Shown: piece by piece, positions 1-8,724 of the stretch
Layout of the letters: every line of letters starts with the position of its first letter
How positions within the stretch are numbered: the first letter of the stretch is position 1
Assembly: GCA_965207615.1 (NCBI GenBank)
Contig: CBDBMZ010000003.1
Coordinates: 139,854-203,853 of the forward strand
Direction: 5' to 3'
DNA length: 64,000 nt
Source of the DNA: Vicinamibacterales bacterium
GTDB taxonomy: Bacteria; Acidobacteriota; Vicinamibacteria; Vicinamibacterales; UBA8438
Made by a program: the position numbers and the translations under genes
The notes under the pieces: generated by a model
The model's database searches: none
Told to the model about the DNA's origin: nothing
What the model saw: the letters and a program-made list of their open reading frames with translations, nothing else

Positions 1-659
1 ACCCCCAGGCGTTCTACGTGAGCTGCCACGGCGACTCGATGGTCCCGGCCGGCATCCGGTCGGCGGACTTCTGCCTCGTCTCTCCGTGCGCGAAGCTCGA
101 GCCCGGTCAGCGGATCTGGCTGCGGGACCGGAAGGGGCGCGAAGGACTGCGGTGGCTCATCAGGCTGACGGCGGCCACCTACGAGGTGGCCGCCTGGGAA
201 ACGCCCAAGCCGAACGGCCACCAGGACCTGGTCCCCGAGCGGTGGGAGCGCAAGAACGTCGACGACCGCGGCGTCGTCCTGGCGGTGTACTGCGGTTGGC
301 TCGTTCCGTCGGACCCGGTGTACCGGCTTCCCGACTGGCGCGGCGGCCCGCTCACCGGTTTGTGGCGGGCGCTGCTCGACGAGGAGCCGGACCTCCAGGC
401 CGCGGTGGCGGAGCATCTCGAAGAAACGACCTCCTCCTTCAACCGAAGGATCACGGGCTGGCTCAAGCACGGTTCGGTCCGGCGCTCCGACATGCAGGAT
501 CTCCTGCAGCAGGTCGAGGACGTGAAGCAGTTGGCCCAGTTGCTGTCCCGGCAATCGGCAGCGTCCCGCAACGAGTCCGGAGCGCGTGGCGAAGAAGCTG
601 ACCGGCCCGCCGACGGGCGCGGGGGCGAGGGAGCGGTGACGGATCCCGCCCTCGCGTGA
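1..659 (+). CDS. S24 (LexA/CI-type) peptidase-domain, repressor-like protein; 5' end outside window
   Basis: The frame is open from the window edge (..AFYVSCHGDSMVPAG..). GDSM is the Ser-nucleophile motif of S24 peptidases. A ~120-aa tail follows with no motif I recognise. Confidence 0.7.
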   Translation, partial: PQAFYVSCHGDSMVPAGIRSADFCLVSPCAKLEPGQRIWLRDRKGREGLRWLIRLTAATYEVAAWETPKPNGHQDLVPERWERKNVDDRGVVLAVYCGWLVPSDPVYRLPDWRGGPLTGLWRALLDEEPDLQAAVAEHLEETTSSFNRRITGWLKHGSVRRSDMQDLLQQVEDVKQLAQLLSRQSAASRNESGARGEEADRPADGRGGEGAVTDPALA

Positions 660-802
660 CGGCGCCCGCCGGCCGATCTTCGTCCTCGACGACCTGCCCT
701 TTCGCTCACTTCCCACCACCGGCTCGACACTGACGCACCTCACGAACGGACGCCTGCCGGGCGGCAGTCGGCGGCCACCGGGCGCCACGGGCGCACTCGC
801 CA

Positions 803-1333
803 TCATTCATCGGGTGGCTCCTGCGCGTTGACGCGGTCGAGCATCGCGCCGATCACGGAGGTCGCCTTCGCCTTGCCGAGCTTCTCCAGCGCGGGCTCGT
901 CGGGGTCGACGCCGAGCTCCCGCGCGAACTGGGGATGCTCCTCGACCAGCTTGGCCAACAGCTTCTTCTGCCGGGCGGTGATCGGGGCCGGCCGCGCGGC
1001 TGCCGGCTCGGCCTTGTCCGCGTCGGCGGCGTCGGTGGACGGCTCCGCATCGAGACCGAAGAGGGCGCGGTCGTCGGGCCGCTTCAGGGTCCGGATCTGC
1101 TCGTCGAGCCAGCCGAGACTGATGTCCGTCCGCGATGTCTGCGCCGCCCGGACGATGGCCCCGACGATGATCTTGCGGCGGGTCTCCCGCTTGCGCTCGG
1201 TCTTCGCCTCGTCCGTCTGGAGCCGGCGCAACCGATCCGCGAGGAGCCTGTCGGCGTCCCTCGCTTTGGCCGCCAGCTCCTGCCGCCGCTCCTTGAGCTT
1301 CACGATCCGAGTAGCACGTCTTGACGTCTGCAT
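803..1333 (-). CDS. mobC: MobC-type relaxosome accessory protein
   Basis: The core ..ERKRETRRKIIVGAIV...DDRALFGL.. parallels RSF1010 MobC (..ERKNETRRKVLVGAMIL...HDRALFGL..) as I recall it. It is divergent from the relaxase across oriT, as in RSF1010. The C-terminus is longer than in RSF1010 MobC. Confidence 0.8.
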   Translation of the reverse strand: MQTSRRATRIVKLKERRQELAAKARDADRLLADRLRRLQTDEAKTERKRETRRKIIVGAIVRAAQTSRTDISLGWLDEQIRTLKRPDDRALFGLDAEPSTDAADADKAEPAAARPAPITARQKKLLAKLVEEHPQFARELGVDPDEPALEKLGKAKATSVIGAMLDRVNAQEPPDE

Positions 1334-1440
1334 GACTCAGGTATGTATCATGAATCCGGGCGGTCGAAAAATAGATAAAAACAACAGTACTAGCCAAGAG
1401 TTCACCGGACTAAACGACACAAACTGAAGAAACACACGAA

Positions 1441-1481
1441 ACCCGAAGGGCGCACTTACCGGTTTCGCTGCGCGAAACCGA
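1441..1481 (-). other. oriT, RSF1010/R1162 (MOBQ) type; expected nick on the minus strand between 1451 and 1450
   Basis: The minus strand reads CGGTTTCGC-GCA-GCGAAACCG-G-TAAGTGCGCCCT. That is a 9-bp inverted repeat (1460-1468 / 1472-1480) followed by an exact copy of the conserved R1162/RSF1010 core TAAGTGCGCCCT (1447-1458). It lies between mobC and mobA, next to an AT-rich stretch at 1337-1440. Confidence 0.8.
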
Positions 1482-1519
1482 CGTGCGACGAGAGCCTTCG
1501 GCCCGAAGAGCACGACGCC

Positions 1520-2074
1520 ATGTATTGCCACGTCAACGTGAGCACGGGCAGCCGCGGCACGGGCCAGTCGGCGGCGGCGAAGTACGACTACATCAGCCGC
1601 GCCGGCAAGTACGAGGCGGCCTGCCAGGACGAGGTGGTGCACCTCGAGTCGGGCTCGATGCCGTCGTTCGCGTCGTCGGACGCGCGCCTGTACTGGGCGG
1701 CGGCCGACTGCCACGAGCGGAGCAACGGGCGGCTCTTTCGATCGCTGACGGCGGCGCTGCCCAACTCGCTGGACCCTGCCGGTCGGCTGGATCTGGCGCG
1801 GAGCTTCGCGGCGCACGTGACGTCGGGCGAGTTGCCGTACACGCTGGCGGTGCACGCCGGCGAGTCGAAGAAGGCGGGGGTGGCGGACAACCCGCACCTG
1901 CACCTGGTGTTCTCCGAGCGGGTGAACGACGGGGTGGAGCGCGGGGCGGAGCAGTGGTTCCGGCGGGCGGCGCCGAAGAAGGGCGATCCGGCGTCGGGGG
2001 GCGCGAGGAAGACGGAGCGGACGAAGCCGCGGTCGTGGCTGGAGGAGACGCGACAGGCGTGGGCGGGGAGATGA
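1520..2074 (+). CDS. mobA: MOBQ relaxase, N-terminal nickase domain (0-frame product, 184 aa)
   Basis: Collinear with RSF1010 MobA residues 1 to ~185: STGSRGTGQSAAAKYDYISRAGKY, ERSNGRLFRSL, LPYTLAVHAG, NPHLHLVFSERVNDG (HxH metal site), KPRSWLEETRQAW. The frame stops at TGA 2072-2074 inside the conserved domain. Confidence 0.85.
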   Translation: MYCHVNVSTGSRGTGQSAAAKYDYISRAGKYEAACQDEVVHLESGSMPSFASSDARLYWAAADCHERSNGRLFRSLTAALPNSLDPAGRLDLARSFAAHVTSGELPYTLAVHAGESKKAGVADNPHLHLVFSERVNDGVERGAEQWFRRAAPKKGDPASGGARKTERTKPRSWLEETRQAWAGR

Positions 2075-5000
2075 ACCTGGCGTTCGAGCGGGCCGGCGTG
2101 GACGACCGGGTGACGTCGGAGAGCCACGCCACGCAACTGGCGCGTGCGCGCGCGGCCGGCGACGCGGCGGAGGAGGTGCGTCTTCTGCTGAACCCGCCGT
2201 CGTTGCACATCGGCCCGTCGGCGAAGCACAACTGGGAGGACCGGCCGGGGAGGGCGCAGGAGCTGAAGCCGGATCGGTATGTGGCGGCCGAGGCGGCGGC
2301 GGCTTCCGCCGAGGAGGTCCGTTCGGCGCACGCGCCGGACGTGGCGGAGGTGGCCGAGGCGAGGTCGCGGGTCGCGGCGCTCGACGCGCGTATCGCGGCG
2401 CTGGAGGCGGAGGTGGCGGCCGGCGAACGGCGGGCCGGGCTGGCCGCTCGCGAGGAGTCGGTGCGGGCGACGTCGGCGGGCGGGCAGTGGCTGGACGAGG
2501 CGCACCAGTCGGTCCGCGGCGACGGCCGTCTGACGCCGGGCGAGAGGGAACGCGCCGTGGAGACGGTGGAGGGCCGTCTCCGTGCGGACCTCGCCGCCCG
2601 CGAGGAGTCGCTCATGGCGACGTCGACCGGCTCGACGTTGCTGAAGGAGGAGTACGGGGAGGCCGTCGCCGAGGCGGCGGCGGCGCAGAGCTTCGCGAAG
2701 CGGGAATCCGTTCTGGAACGGGTCGCGCAACGGGTCGGCGAGGAGCTGTCGGCTCGCGAGGAAGCGCTCCGGTCGATCCCGCTGGGCCGGCAGCATCTGT
2801 CGGCGGCGGAACAAGCTCGGGCCGTCGGGCCAGCGGGGCCGCCACTGGCCGAGCGCGAGTCGGTGGTCCGAGCGGCGGAGCAGCGGGTGGGGGAAGAGCT
2901 CGACCGACGCGAGGAACGGGTCCTCGCGGCCACGGGCGACGACCGGCTGCTGGCCGGGGCGGCCGAAGAGCTGACGGAGCGCGGAGCGGTCTCGGGCGAC
3001 GGCGGCTTCGCGGAGCGGGCGCTGATCATCGACCGGGCGGAGGACCTGCTCGAGGCGGAGCGCGCCGAGTTCGGGCTCAAGGAAGCGGATCTGCGGAAGG
3101 ACGCGGCCGGCGAGGAGTTTCTCCGCGACGCCCGGGGTGATGTCCTCGGCGCCGCCGACCGGGAGCCGGAGACGCTCGCCGACGGCTGGACCGTCATCGA
3201 CCAGGCGGCCGCGGCGAGGGCCCGCGTCGAGGCACTCGGCATCGGGGGCATGGACCTGTACCACGCCCACCTGGCGGACATCGATCCGAAGTGGGGCGTG
3301 GACGGGAACGCCGCGACGACGCGCGGGAACCAGGATGCGGCGCTGAGCGCGGCGGATTCGGACGTCGCGCGCCTCGGGCGCCTTCGCGCCGTGCTGTCGG
3401 ACGAGGCCGCCGCCGCCCGCTACCGCGAGGTCCTCGGCGATGGTCCGGGCCGGTTCGACACGGCGGACCTCGACAGGGCCCTCGCGGCGGGCGAGCGGGA
3501 GCGGGAGGAACGCGCGGCGACGGCGTGGGCCGGGCTGGCCGCCCGCGAGGAGTCGGTGCGGGCGACCTCGGCGGGCGGGCAGTGGCTGGACGAGGCGCAC
3601 CAGTCGGTCCTTGCCGACGCCGGCGGCCGCCTGACGCTTGGCGAGAGGGAACGCGCCGTGGAGACGGTGGAGGGCCGTCTCCGGGCGGATCTTGCCGCCC
3701 GCGAGGCGTCGCTCATGGCGACGTCGACCGGCTCGACGTTGCTGAGGGAGGAGTACGGGGAGGGCGGCGCCGCAGCGGCGGCGCAGAGCTTCGCGGAGCG
3801 GGAATCCGTTCTGGACCGGGTCGCGCAACGGGTCGACGAGGAGCTGGGGGCTCGCGAGGAAGCGCTCCGGTCGGTCCCGCTGGGCCGGCGGCATCTGTCG
3901 GCGGCGGAGCAGGCTCGGACCGGCGGTGTTGCGGATGCGCCGCCGACCCCGGCCGAGCGCGAGTCGATGGTCCGCGCGGCGGAGCAGCGGGTGGGAGAGG
4001 ATCTCGACCGGCGCGAGGAACGGGTCCTCGCGGCCACGGGCGACGACCGGCTGCTGGCGGAGGCGGCCGAAGAGCTGGCGGCGCGCGGCGCGGTCTTCGG
4101 CGACAGCGGCTTCGAGGAGCAGGCGTTGATCATCGACCAGGCGGAGGACCTGCTCGAGGGGGAGCGCGCCGGGCTCGAGCTCGAGGAAGGCAAGCTGTTG
4201 AAGGCCGCCGGCGGCGAGGAGTTTCTCCGCAACGCCCGGCTTGACGTCCTCGGCGACGACGACCGGGAGGCGGAGACGCTCGTCGACGGCTGGGCCGTCA
4301 TCGACCAGGCGTCCGCGGCGAAGGCCCGCGTCGAGGCGCTCGGCATCGGGGGCCTGGACCTGTACCACGCCCACTTGGCGGCCGTCGATGCGAAGTGGGG
4401 CGTGGACGGGAACGCCGCGACGACGCGCGTGAGCCAGGATGCGGCGCTGAGCGCGGCGGAGTCGGACGTCGCGCGCCTCGGGCGCCTTCGCGCCGTGCTG
4501 TCGGACGAGGCCGCCGCCGCTCGCTACCGCGAGGTCCTCGGCGACAGTCCGGACCGGTTCGACACGGCGGACCTCGACCGGGCCCTCGCGGCGGGCGAGC
4601 GGGAGCGGGAGGACCGCGCGGCGGCGGCTCGCCGTACGGCGGACCTCGAGACGGCCACGGAGGCGGCGCAGGCCGCGGCGGCGCGGTCGAAGATCAACTT
4701 GCGCCCCGCCGGCGTGCGCGCGGTCTACGAGACCGGCGAGACGCACGCGGCCGGTATCGCGGCCGTGGAGCGCACGACCGAGGCCCTCGACGCTGCGGCC
4801 GACCAGGGTCTCCCGGCCGGCACGGTCATCGACGCCTGGAAAACGAACCGTTCGGCGCCCGGCGGGATAGCGGCGGCCCTTGCCGCCGCCACCGCCGCCG
4901 CCCGCCTTGAGGAGGAGCGTGCCGAGGCGCGCCGCAAGCAGGCGGCCATCGAGAAGCGCAGCTCTCGCGTGAAGCAGCTGTTGGCCGACCCCGCGTCGGC

Positions 5001-6192
5001 CGACGCACTCATCGAGGCCCTCGAAGCGGAGGACCCGTCGTGGCGGTCTGGGATCCGCCCGGCCCGCATCGACCGGGCGCTCGACGTCGCCGAGCGGGAC
5101 GCCGGCCGCCGGGAGGTCGCCACTCGGCGACACCGGGAACACGAGGTGGTCCTGGAGGCGGAACAGCGCTTCCCCGACGCCACCAGCACGGCGTGCCAAT
5201 TCGCGGGTGGCCGTTTCGACGGGACCACGGAGGTCGGCCGTGCGGGCCGGCGCGTCTCGCAGGATCTCTCGGACCGCGCCCTCGTGAGAGCGCACGCGGC
5301 CGAGAAGGCCGAGGCGCCGGCGCCTCGCAACTTCGTTCAGCGGCTCTACGACTGGCTGCGGGATCGGCTCGAGCGGCTGTTCGGCCGTTCGCCCGGCCGG
5401 GCCGCGGAGGCCGCCGCCCTCGGGCCGGCGGCCTCCGCGGAGCGTCCGGCCGAAGCGGGACGGCCTCGACCCGCCGCCTTCGAGGAGCGGTACTGCCGGG
5501 AGTGGCCCGAGCACGCGGCCGACATCCGTCGTCCGGACTTCGAGAAGCTGGCCGCGGGCGCGTTGAGCGGCAACCGGCTCTTCGAGCGGGAGGAGCCCCG
5601 CTCGTCAAGATGGATCACGGTCGAACCGGGCGAGTTGCCGGCCGCTCTCGCCAAGCCCGCGCCGGCTTGGAGCGACAAGGCCGTCGAGGAGGTGACCCGG
5701 CGGGCTACAGTCTGGGACCCGGACCGGACCGAGGGCCGGCGGGTCGCCGAGGCGCACCTGGGCGGCTACGAGAGCCGGTTGCCGGCGGAGTACTCGCACT
5801 CGGCGGAATGGCAGGCGATCCTGAAGCGTGCGGAGGAGGCGGTCGGGAAGGCCCAGAACAGCTGGCGGTACAAGTGGGCCGACCGCCGGAAGGACGACCG
5901 GAAGAAGCGGGAGCTCGAGGCGACCGCTATCAACCGCGCCTGCGGCCGCGATGCGCGCCGCCTGCACGGGAAGATGATGGCGGGGCGTGAGGCCGCGCGG
6001 CCCGGCTGGGAGGTCACGGTCAGGATCCGGGCCGTTCAGGAGCTCATCCGGGACGAAGAGGCGACCCGTTTCAGACAAGAGCGGGAGCAGGCGCGGGAAC
6101 GGGAACAGGCGCAAGAGCGGGAGCGCCCCGCCGACAGGCCGCCGCCCGAGCAGAAGCGGCCGAGAGGCCGGGGACATGTTCTAGATCGATGA
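2065..6192 (+). CDS. mobA: Relaxase continuation in the -1 frame; the fused product would be ~1557 aa
   Basis: The -1 frame continues the MobA alignment without a gap: ..AWAG|EMNLAFERAGVDDRVTSESH.. versus RSF1010 ..AWADHANRALERAGHDARIDHRTL... The rest is an Ala/Glu/Arg-rich, coiled-coil-like extension in which I recognise no primase motif. Confidence 0.7.
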   Translation, partial: GEMNLAFERAGVDDRVTSESHATQLARARAAGDAAEEVRLLLNPPSLHIGPSAKHNWEDRPGRAQELKPDRYVAAEAAAASAEEVRSAHAPDVAEVAEARSRVAALDARIAALEAEVAAGERRAGLAAREESVRATSAGGQWLDEAHQSVRGDGRLTPGERERAVETVEGRLRADLAAREESLMATSTGSTLLKEEYGEAVAEAAAAQSFAKRESVLERVAQRVGEELSAREEALRSIPLGRQHLSAAEQARAVGPAGPPLAERESVVRAAEQRVGEELDRREERVLAATGDDRLLAGAAEELTERGAVSGDGGFAERALIIDRAEDLLEAERAEFGLKEADLRKDAAGEEFLRDARGDVLGAADREPETLADGWTVIDQAAAARARVEALGIGGMDLYHAHLADIDPKWGVDGNAATTRGNQDAALSAADSDVARLGRLRAVLSDEAAAARYREVLGDGPGRFDTADLDRALAAGEREREERAATAWAGLAAREESVRATSAGGQWLDEAHQSVLADAGGRLTLGERERAVETVEGRLRADLAAREASLMATSTGSTLLREEYGEGGAAAAAQSFAERESVLDRVAQRVDEELGAREEALRSVPLGRRHLSAAEQARTGGVADAPPTPAERESMVRAAEQRVGEDLDRREERVLAATGDDRLLAEAAEELAARGAVFGDSGFEEQALIIDQAEDLLEGERAGLELEEGKLLKAAGGEEFLRNARLDVLGDDDREAETLVDGWAVIDQASAAKARVEALGIGGLDLYHAHLAAVDAKWGVDGNAATTRVSQDAALSAAESDVARLGRLRAVLSDEAAAARYREVLGDSPDRFDTADLDRALAAGEREREDRAAAARRTADLETATEAAQAAAARSKINLRPAGVRAVYETGETHAAGIAAVERTTEALDAAADQGLPAGTVIDAWKTNRSAPGGIAAALAAATAAARLEEERAEARRKQAAIEKRSSRVKQLLADPASADALIEALEAEDPSWRSGIRPARIDRALDVAERDAGRREVATRRHREHEVVLEAEQRFPDATSTACQFAGGRFDGTTEVGRAGRRVSQDLSDRALVRAHAAEKAEAPAPRNFVQRLYDWLRDRLERLFGRSPGRAAEAAALGPAASAERPAEAGRPRPAAFEERYCREWPEHAADIRRPDFEKLAAGALSGNRLFEREEPRSSRWITVEPGELPAALAKPAPAWSDKAVEEVTRRATVWDPDRTEGRRVAEAHLGGYESRLPAEYSHSAEWQAILKRAEEAVGKAQNSWRYKWADRRKDDRKKRELEATAINRACGRDARRLHGKMMAGREAARPGWEVTVRIRAVQELIRDEEATRFRQEREQAREREQAQERERPADRPPPEQKRPRGRGHVLDR
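2437..4620 (+). repeat. Tandem direct duplication, 2 units of ~1.09 kb (~365 aa each), inside the relaxase extension
   Basis: Unit 1 starts at 2437 (gggctggccgctcgcgaggagtcggtgcgggcgac..) and unit 2 at 3532 (gggctggccgcccgcgaggagtcggtgcgggcgac..). The protein units run from GLAAREESVRATSAGGQWLDEAHQS to DRALAAGERERE, are highly similar, and differ by a few indels. Confidence 0.9.
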
Positions 6193-6365
6193 GCCCGCTT
6201 CGCGGAAGCAGCGCTCGCTAGGGCCCGGCAGGAGACGCCGTGCGCCACCAGCGCGAGGAGAGCGAGGACTGCCCGGTCGAGCTGAGGCCGTCGGAAGACC
6301 TTCAGTGACGAGTAAATCCTAACAGCCTGCCGGCAGGAGGGCCTTGGCGCGGTCGATATAGAGTC

Positions 6366-6412
6366 GAGCGGGGGTGACGACACGCTCTTCGTGCTCGACG
6401 GCGTGCCGTACC
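6366..6412 (+). repeat. 47-bp direct repeat, copy 1 (partner at 8713-8759)
   Basis: gagcgggggtgacgacacgctcttcgtgctcgacggcgtgccgtacc versus gaggggggctgacgacacgatcttcgtgctcgacggcgtgctgtacc. I count 43/47 identical. Confidence 0.9.
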
Positions 6413-6613
6413 TTCGCGCCGCTGGCCGCCGACGGTCAGCGTCAACCTCGCCGTCGTAGCCGCCCCCCGAGGCCGCGTGCGCCAGCGTCGCCTTGTCCTC
6501 CGCCGTGTCGTCGTCCTCGCTCGCCGTCACCCGTCCGGGCGTGCTCCCATTGCCCCTTACCAGCCCGGGCTTTTCGTCGGGTTTCTGGCCGGGCCACGTG
6601 ATAGGCTGAAGGC

Positions 6614-6889
6614 ATGGAGGCTCTCACGCCGTGGTTGACGCCCGTCCTTCTGGTCGGGCTCTTCGTGTGGCTGCGGCGCGAACTGAACGGTCGCCTTGAC
6701 AGATCAGAGAAGCGGCTCACCGACCGCATGGAGAAGATCGAGAAGCAGGTCGGCGAGCTGGCCAAGGACATGAACCAGCGGTTCGACCAGGTCAACCGCG
6801 AGCTGGCCGATCTGCGCGAGCGGATGGCGAAGCTCGAGGGCTCGCTCGAAGGGTTCCTCGCCGGCCGCCGCGACCGCGACGTCGCCTGA
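6614..6889 (+). CDS. Small N-terminally membrane-anchored coiled-coil protein, function unknown
   Basis: One hydrophobic helix (LTPVLLVGLFVWL) is followed by heptad-like RLTDRMEKIEKQVGELAKDM..LRERMAKLEGSLEG. No motif I can name. Confidence 0.5.
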   Translation: MEALTPWLTPVLLVGLFVWLRRELNGRLDRSEKRLTDRMEKIEKQVGELAKDMNQRFDQVNRELADLRERMAKLEGSLEGFLAGRRDRDVA

Positions 6890-6891
6890 CG

Positions 6892-7830
6892 ATGAGGATA
6901 CAAACCATGGAGAGCAACCCGACTCAGAGGACCGTGTTCATCACGGGTACGAACTCGGGCTTCGGCAAGGCCACCGTCGAACTGTTTGCGGCGAACGGTT
7001 GGAGGGTCGCCGCGACGGTGCGGAACAAGGATCGGCACGCGGACCTGTTCACGGAACTCGCGGGCGTCAAGCTGTACGAACTGGATGTGGACGACTTCAC
7101 CCGGGTAGAGCAGGTCGCAGGCGAGGTCGTCAACGACTTTGGTCGCGTCGACGTGGTGGTCAACAACGCCGGCTACTGCCTGATGGGGCCGACAGAAACC
7201 AGCACCATGGAACAGATCCGGAAGCAGTTCCAGACCAACACTTTAGGCGTATTCGCCGTGACCAAGGCGTTCCTGCCCCACATGCGCGAGGCGGGCGGCG
7301 GGACCATCATCAACATCGCATCCGCGAGCGCTGTGTTCAACTACCCCTTCATCGCCGCCTACGGCGCAAGCAAGTGGGCGGTCCGCGGTCTGACCGAGAG
7401 CCTGGCCGTCGAGCTCGCCCCGTTCAACATCCGCGTCAAGGGGATCTACCCGGGATTCCACGCGACCGGGATCTTCACCAAGCTCGATCAGGGGACCGCG
7501 GATGAAGGCCCCGAGTACCGACTCTACAAGCCTTACTACGCCAATTTCCTCTCGGCACAGAAGGCCCTGCCCAGTGCGGGAAGCCCGGACAGAATCGCCC
7601 GGACGATTTATCGCGCGGCGACGAACCCGGCCGGAAGGCCGCACATCGTGTCCGGGGCGGACGCTAAGCTGCTGGCGTTCATCAAGCGCGTGCTGCCACA
7701 GCGGGCGTTCCTGCGCTTCCAGACGCGCTCGATTCTGTCGCCTATCTCGAAAACGCAGGCGGCATTCATGAGGTTCACCTTCGGCAAGAACCAGCAACCG
7801 TTGCGCATGGACCTGCCCGAAGACTTGTGA
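6892..7830 (+). CDS. Short-chain dehydrogenase/reductase (classical SDR)
   Basis: TGTNSGFGKA (TGxxxGxG), NNAG and YGASKWAV (YxxxK). An alternative start is the ATG at 6907. Confidence 0.9.
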   Translation: MRIQTMESNPTQRTVFITGTNSGFGKATVELFAANGWRVAATVRNKDRHADLFTELAGVKLYELDVDDFTRVEQVAGEVVNDFGRVDVVVNNAGYCLMGPTETSTMEQIRKQFQTNTLGVFAVTKAFLPHMREAGGGTIINIASASAVFNYPFIAAYGASKWAVRGLTESLAVELAPFNIRVKGIYPGFHATGIFTKLDQGTADEGPEYRLYKPYYANFLSAQKALPSAGSPDRIARTIYRAATNPAGRPHIVSGADAKLLAFIKRVLPQRAFLRFQTRSILSPISKTQAAFMRFTFGKNQQPLRMDLPEDL

Positions 7831-8109
7831 TTAACCGCGCCCGGGGCTCCGGGGACGGGGTGGGTCGCGCGGGCGAGCGGCTGCACGCCCGTCCCCGGGT
7901 CGTCTGCGGAAGGGGGCGAGATCCTACGTCAAGCGGGGGTGCTACATCAGCGAGCAGTACGGTTGGCTATTCGAGCCTGCGTGCCTCGAGTACGACGGCG
8001 GGCGGCTCGTCATCCTCAAGACCACCGCCGACGGTACGGCCGAGAGCTGGACGGAGGTAGGGGGACCCGGCGCTGATCGCTCCGGACGATCATCGACAGA
8101 GGAGGCGAC

Positions 8110-8724
8110 ATGAGCGAAGCAGTCACCGTGACTCTGGGACGCGACCCGGCCCAGCGACGGCGGGCGACCTACCAGGATGTGCTCGATGCCCCCGCCCATC
8201 GGGTCGCCGAGGTCGTTGACGGCGTGCTCCACACGAATCCGCGGCCGGCCATGCCGCATTCTTTGGCGAGTTCCCGACTGGGCGGCGAACTCACGGGACC
8301 ATTCGATCGGGGTCGCGGCGGCCCCGGCGGATGGTGGATCATCTTCGAGCCCGAGCTGCACTTGGGCGAGGATATCCTCGTGCCCGACCTCGCCGGTTGG
8401 CGGCGGGAGCGGATGCCTGTCTTTCCCGATGCGCCGTACGCCACGCTGGGCCCCGACTGGGTGTGCGAAGTGCTCTCGCCGTCGACCCGCAAGCTGGACC
8501 TCCACGGCAAGCGCGACGTCTATGGGCGTGAACAGGTGGGTCATCTCTGGCTCGTCGACCCCGCCGACCGCACCCTGGAGGCCTTCGAACTGCGCGAGGG
8601 CGAATGGGTGCTGATCGCCACCGCGCAGGATGACGCCCCCGTCAGCATCCGCCCCTTCGACGCCGTCACCTTCAGCCTCGGCGATCTCTGGCCGCCGAAT
8701 GTCGCCCCGGCCGAGGGGGGCTGA
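8110..8724 (+). CDS. Uma2-family (DUF820) putative endonuclease
   Basis: VPDLAGW..PDWVCEVLSPSTRKLDLHGKRDVYGREQVGHLWLVDP is the typical Uma2 PD-(D/E)xK-like core. GAGGAGG lies 5 nt (gcgac) upstream of the ATG. The stop codon lies inside 47-bp repeat copy 2. Confidence 0.8.
   Translation: MSEAVTVTLGRDPAQRRRATYQDVLDAPAHRVAEVVDGVLHTNPRPAMPHSLASSRLGGELTGPFDRGRGGPGGWWIIFEPELHLGEDILVPDLAGWRRERMPVFPDAPYATLGPDWVCEVLSPSTRKLDLHGKRDVYGREQVGHLWLVDPADRTLEAFELREGEWVLIATAQDDAPVSIRPFDAVTFSLGDLWPPNVAPAEGG

Noticed and set aside
1588-5514. 1308-aa minus-strand ORF (plus 1593..3281, 3420..4346 and others) antisense to the relaxase
   Set aside because: These are GC-driven shadow frames. They are Arg/Pro/Gly/Ala low-complexity sequence with no motifs, and the tandem duplication merely mirrors the plus-strand gene, whose frame carries the MobA homology.
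6036-6601. ORFs 6036..6530 (minus) and 6374..6601 (plus) in the spacer after the relaxase
   Set aside because: Low-complexity sequence that overlaps the 47-bp repeat, with no start-site signals. I treat the region as non-coding: it holds the cctgccggcagg palindrome at 6327-6338, the ATATAGAG octamer and repeat copy 1.
7835-8113. Open frame encoding ..GCYISEQYGWLFEPACLEYDGGRLVILKTTADGTAESWTEV.., whose TGA overlaps the Uma2 ATG (ATGA)
   Set aside because: The frame contains no ATG, GTG or TTG (only CTG), and its 5' part is Arg/Gly-rich. It is probably the 3' relic of a lost gene. It may deserve a frameshift-aware BLASTX, but I cannot support it as a CDS.
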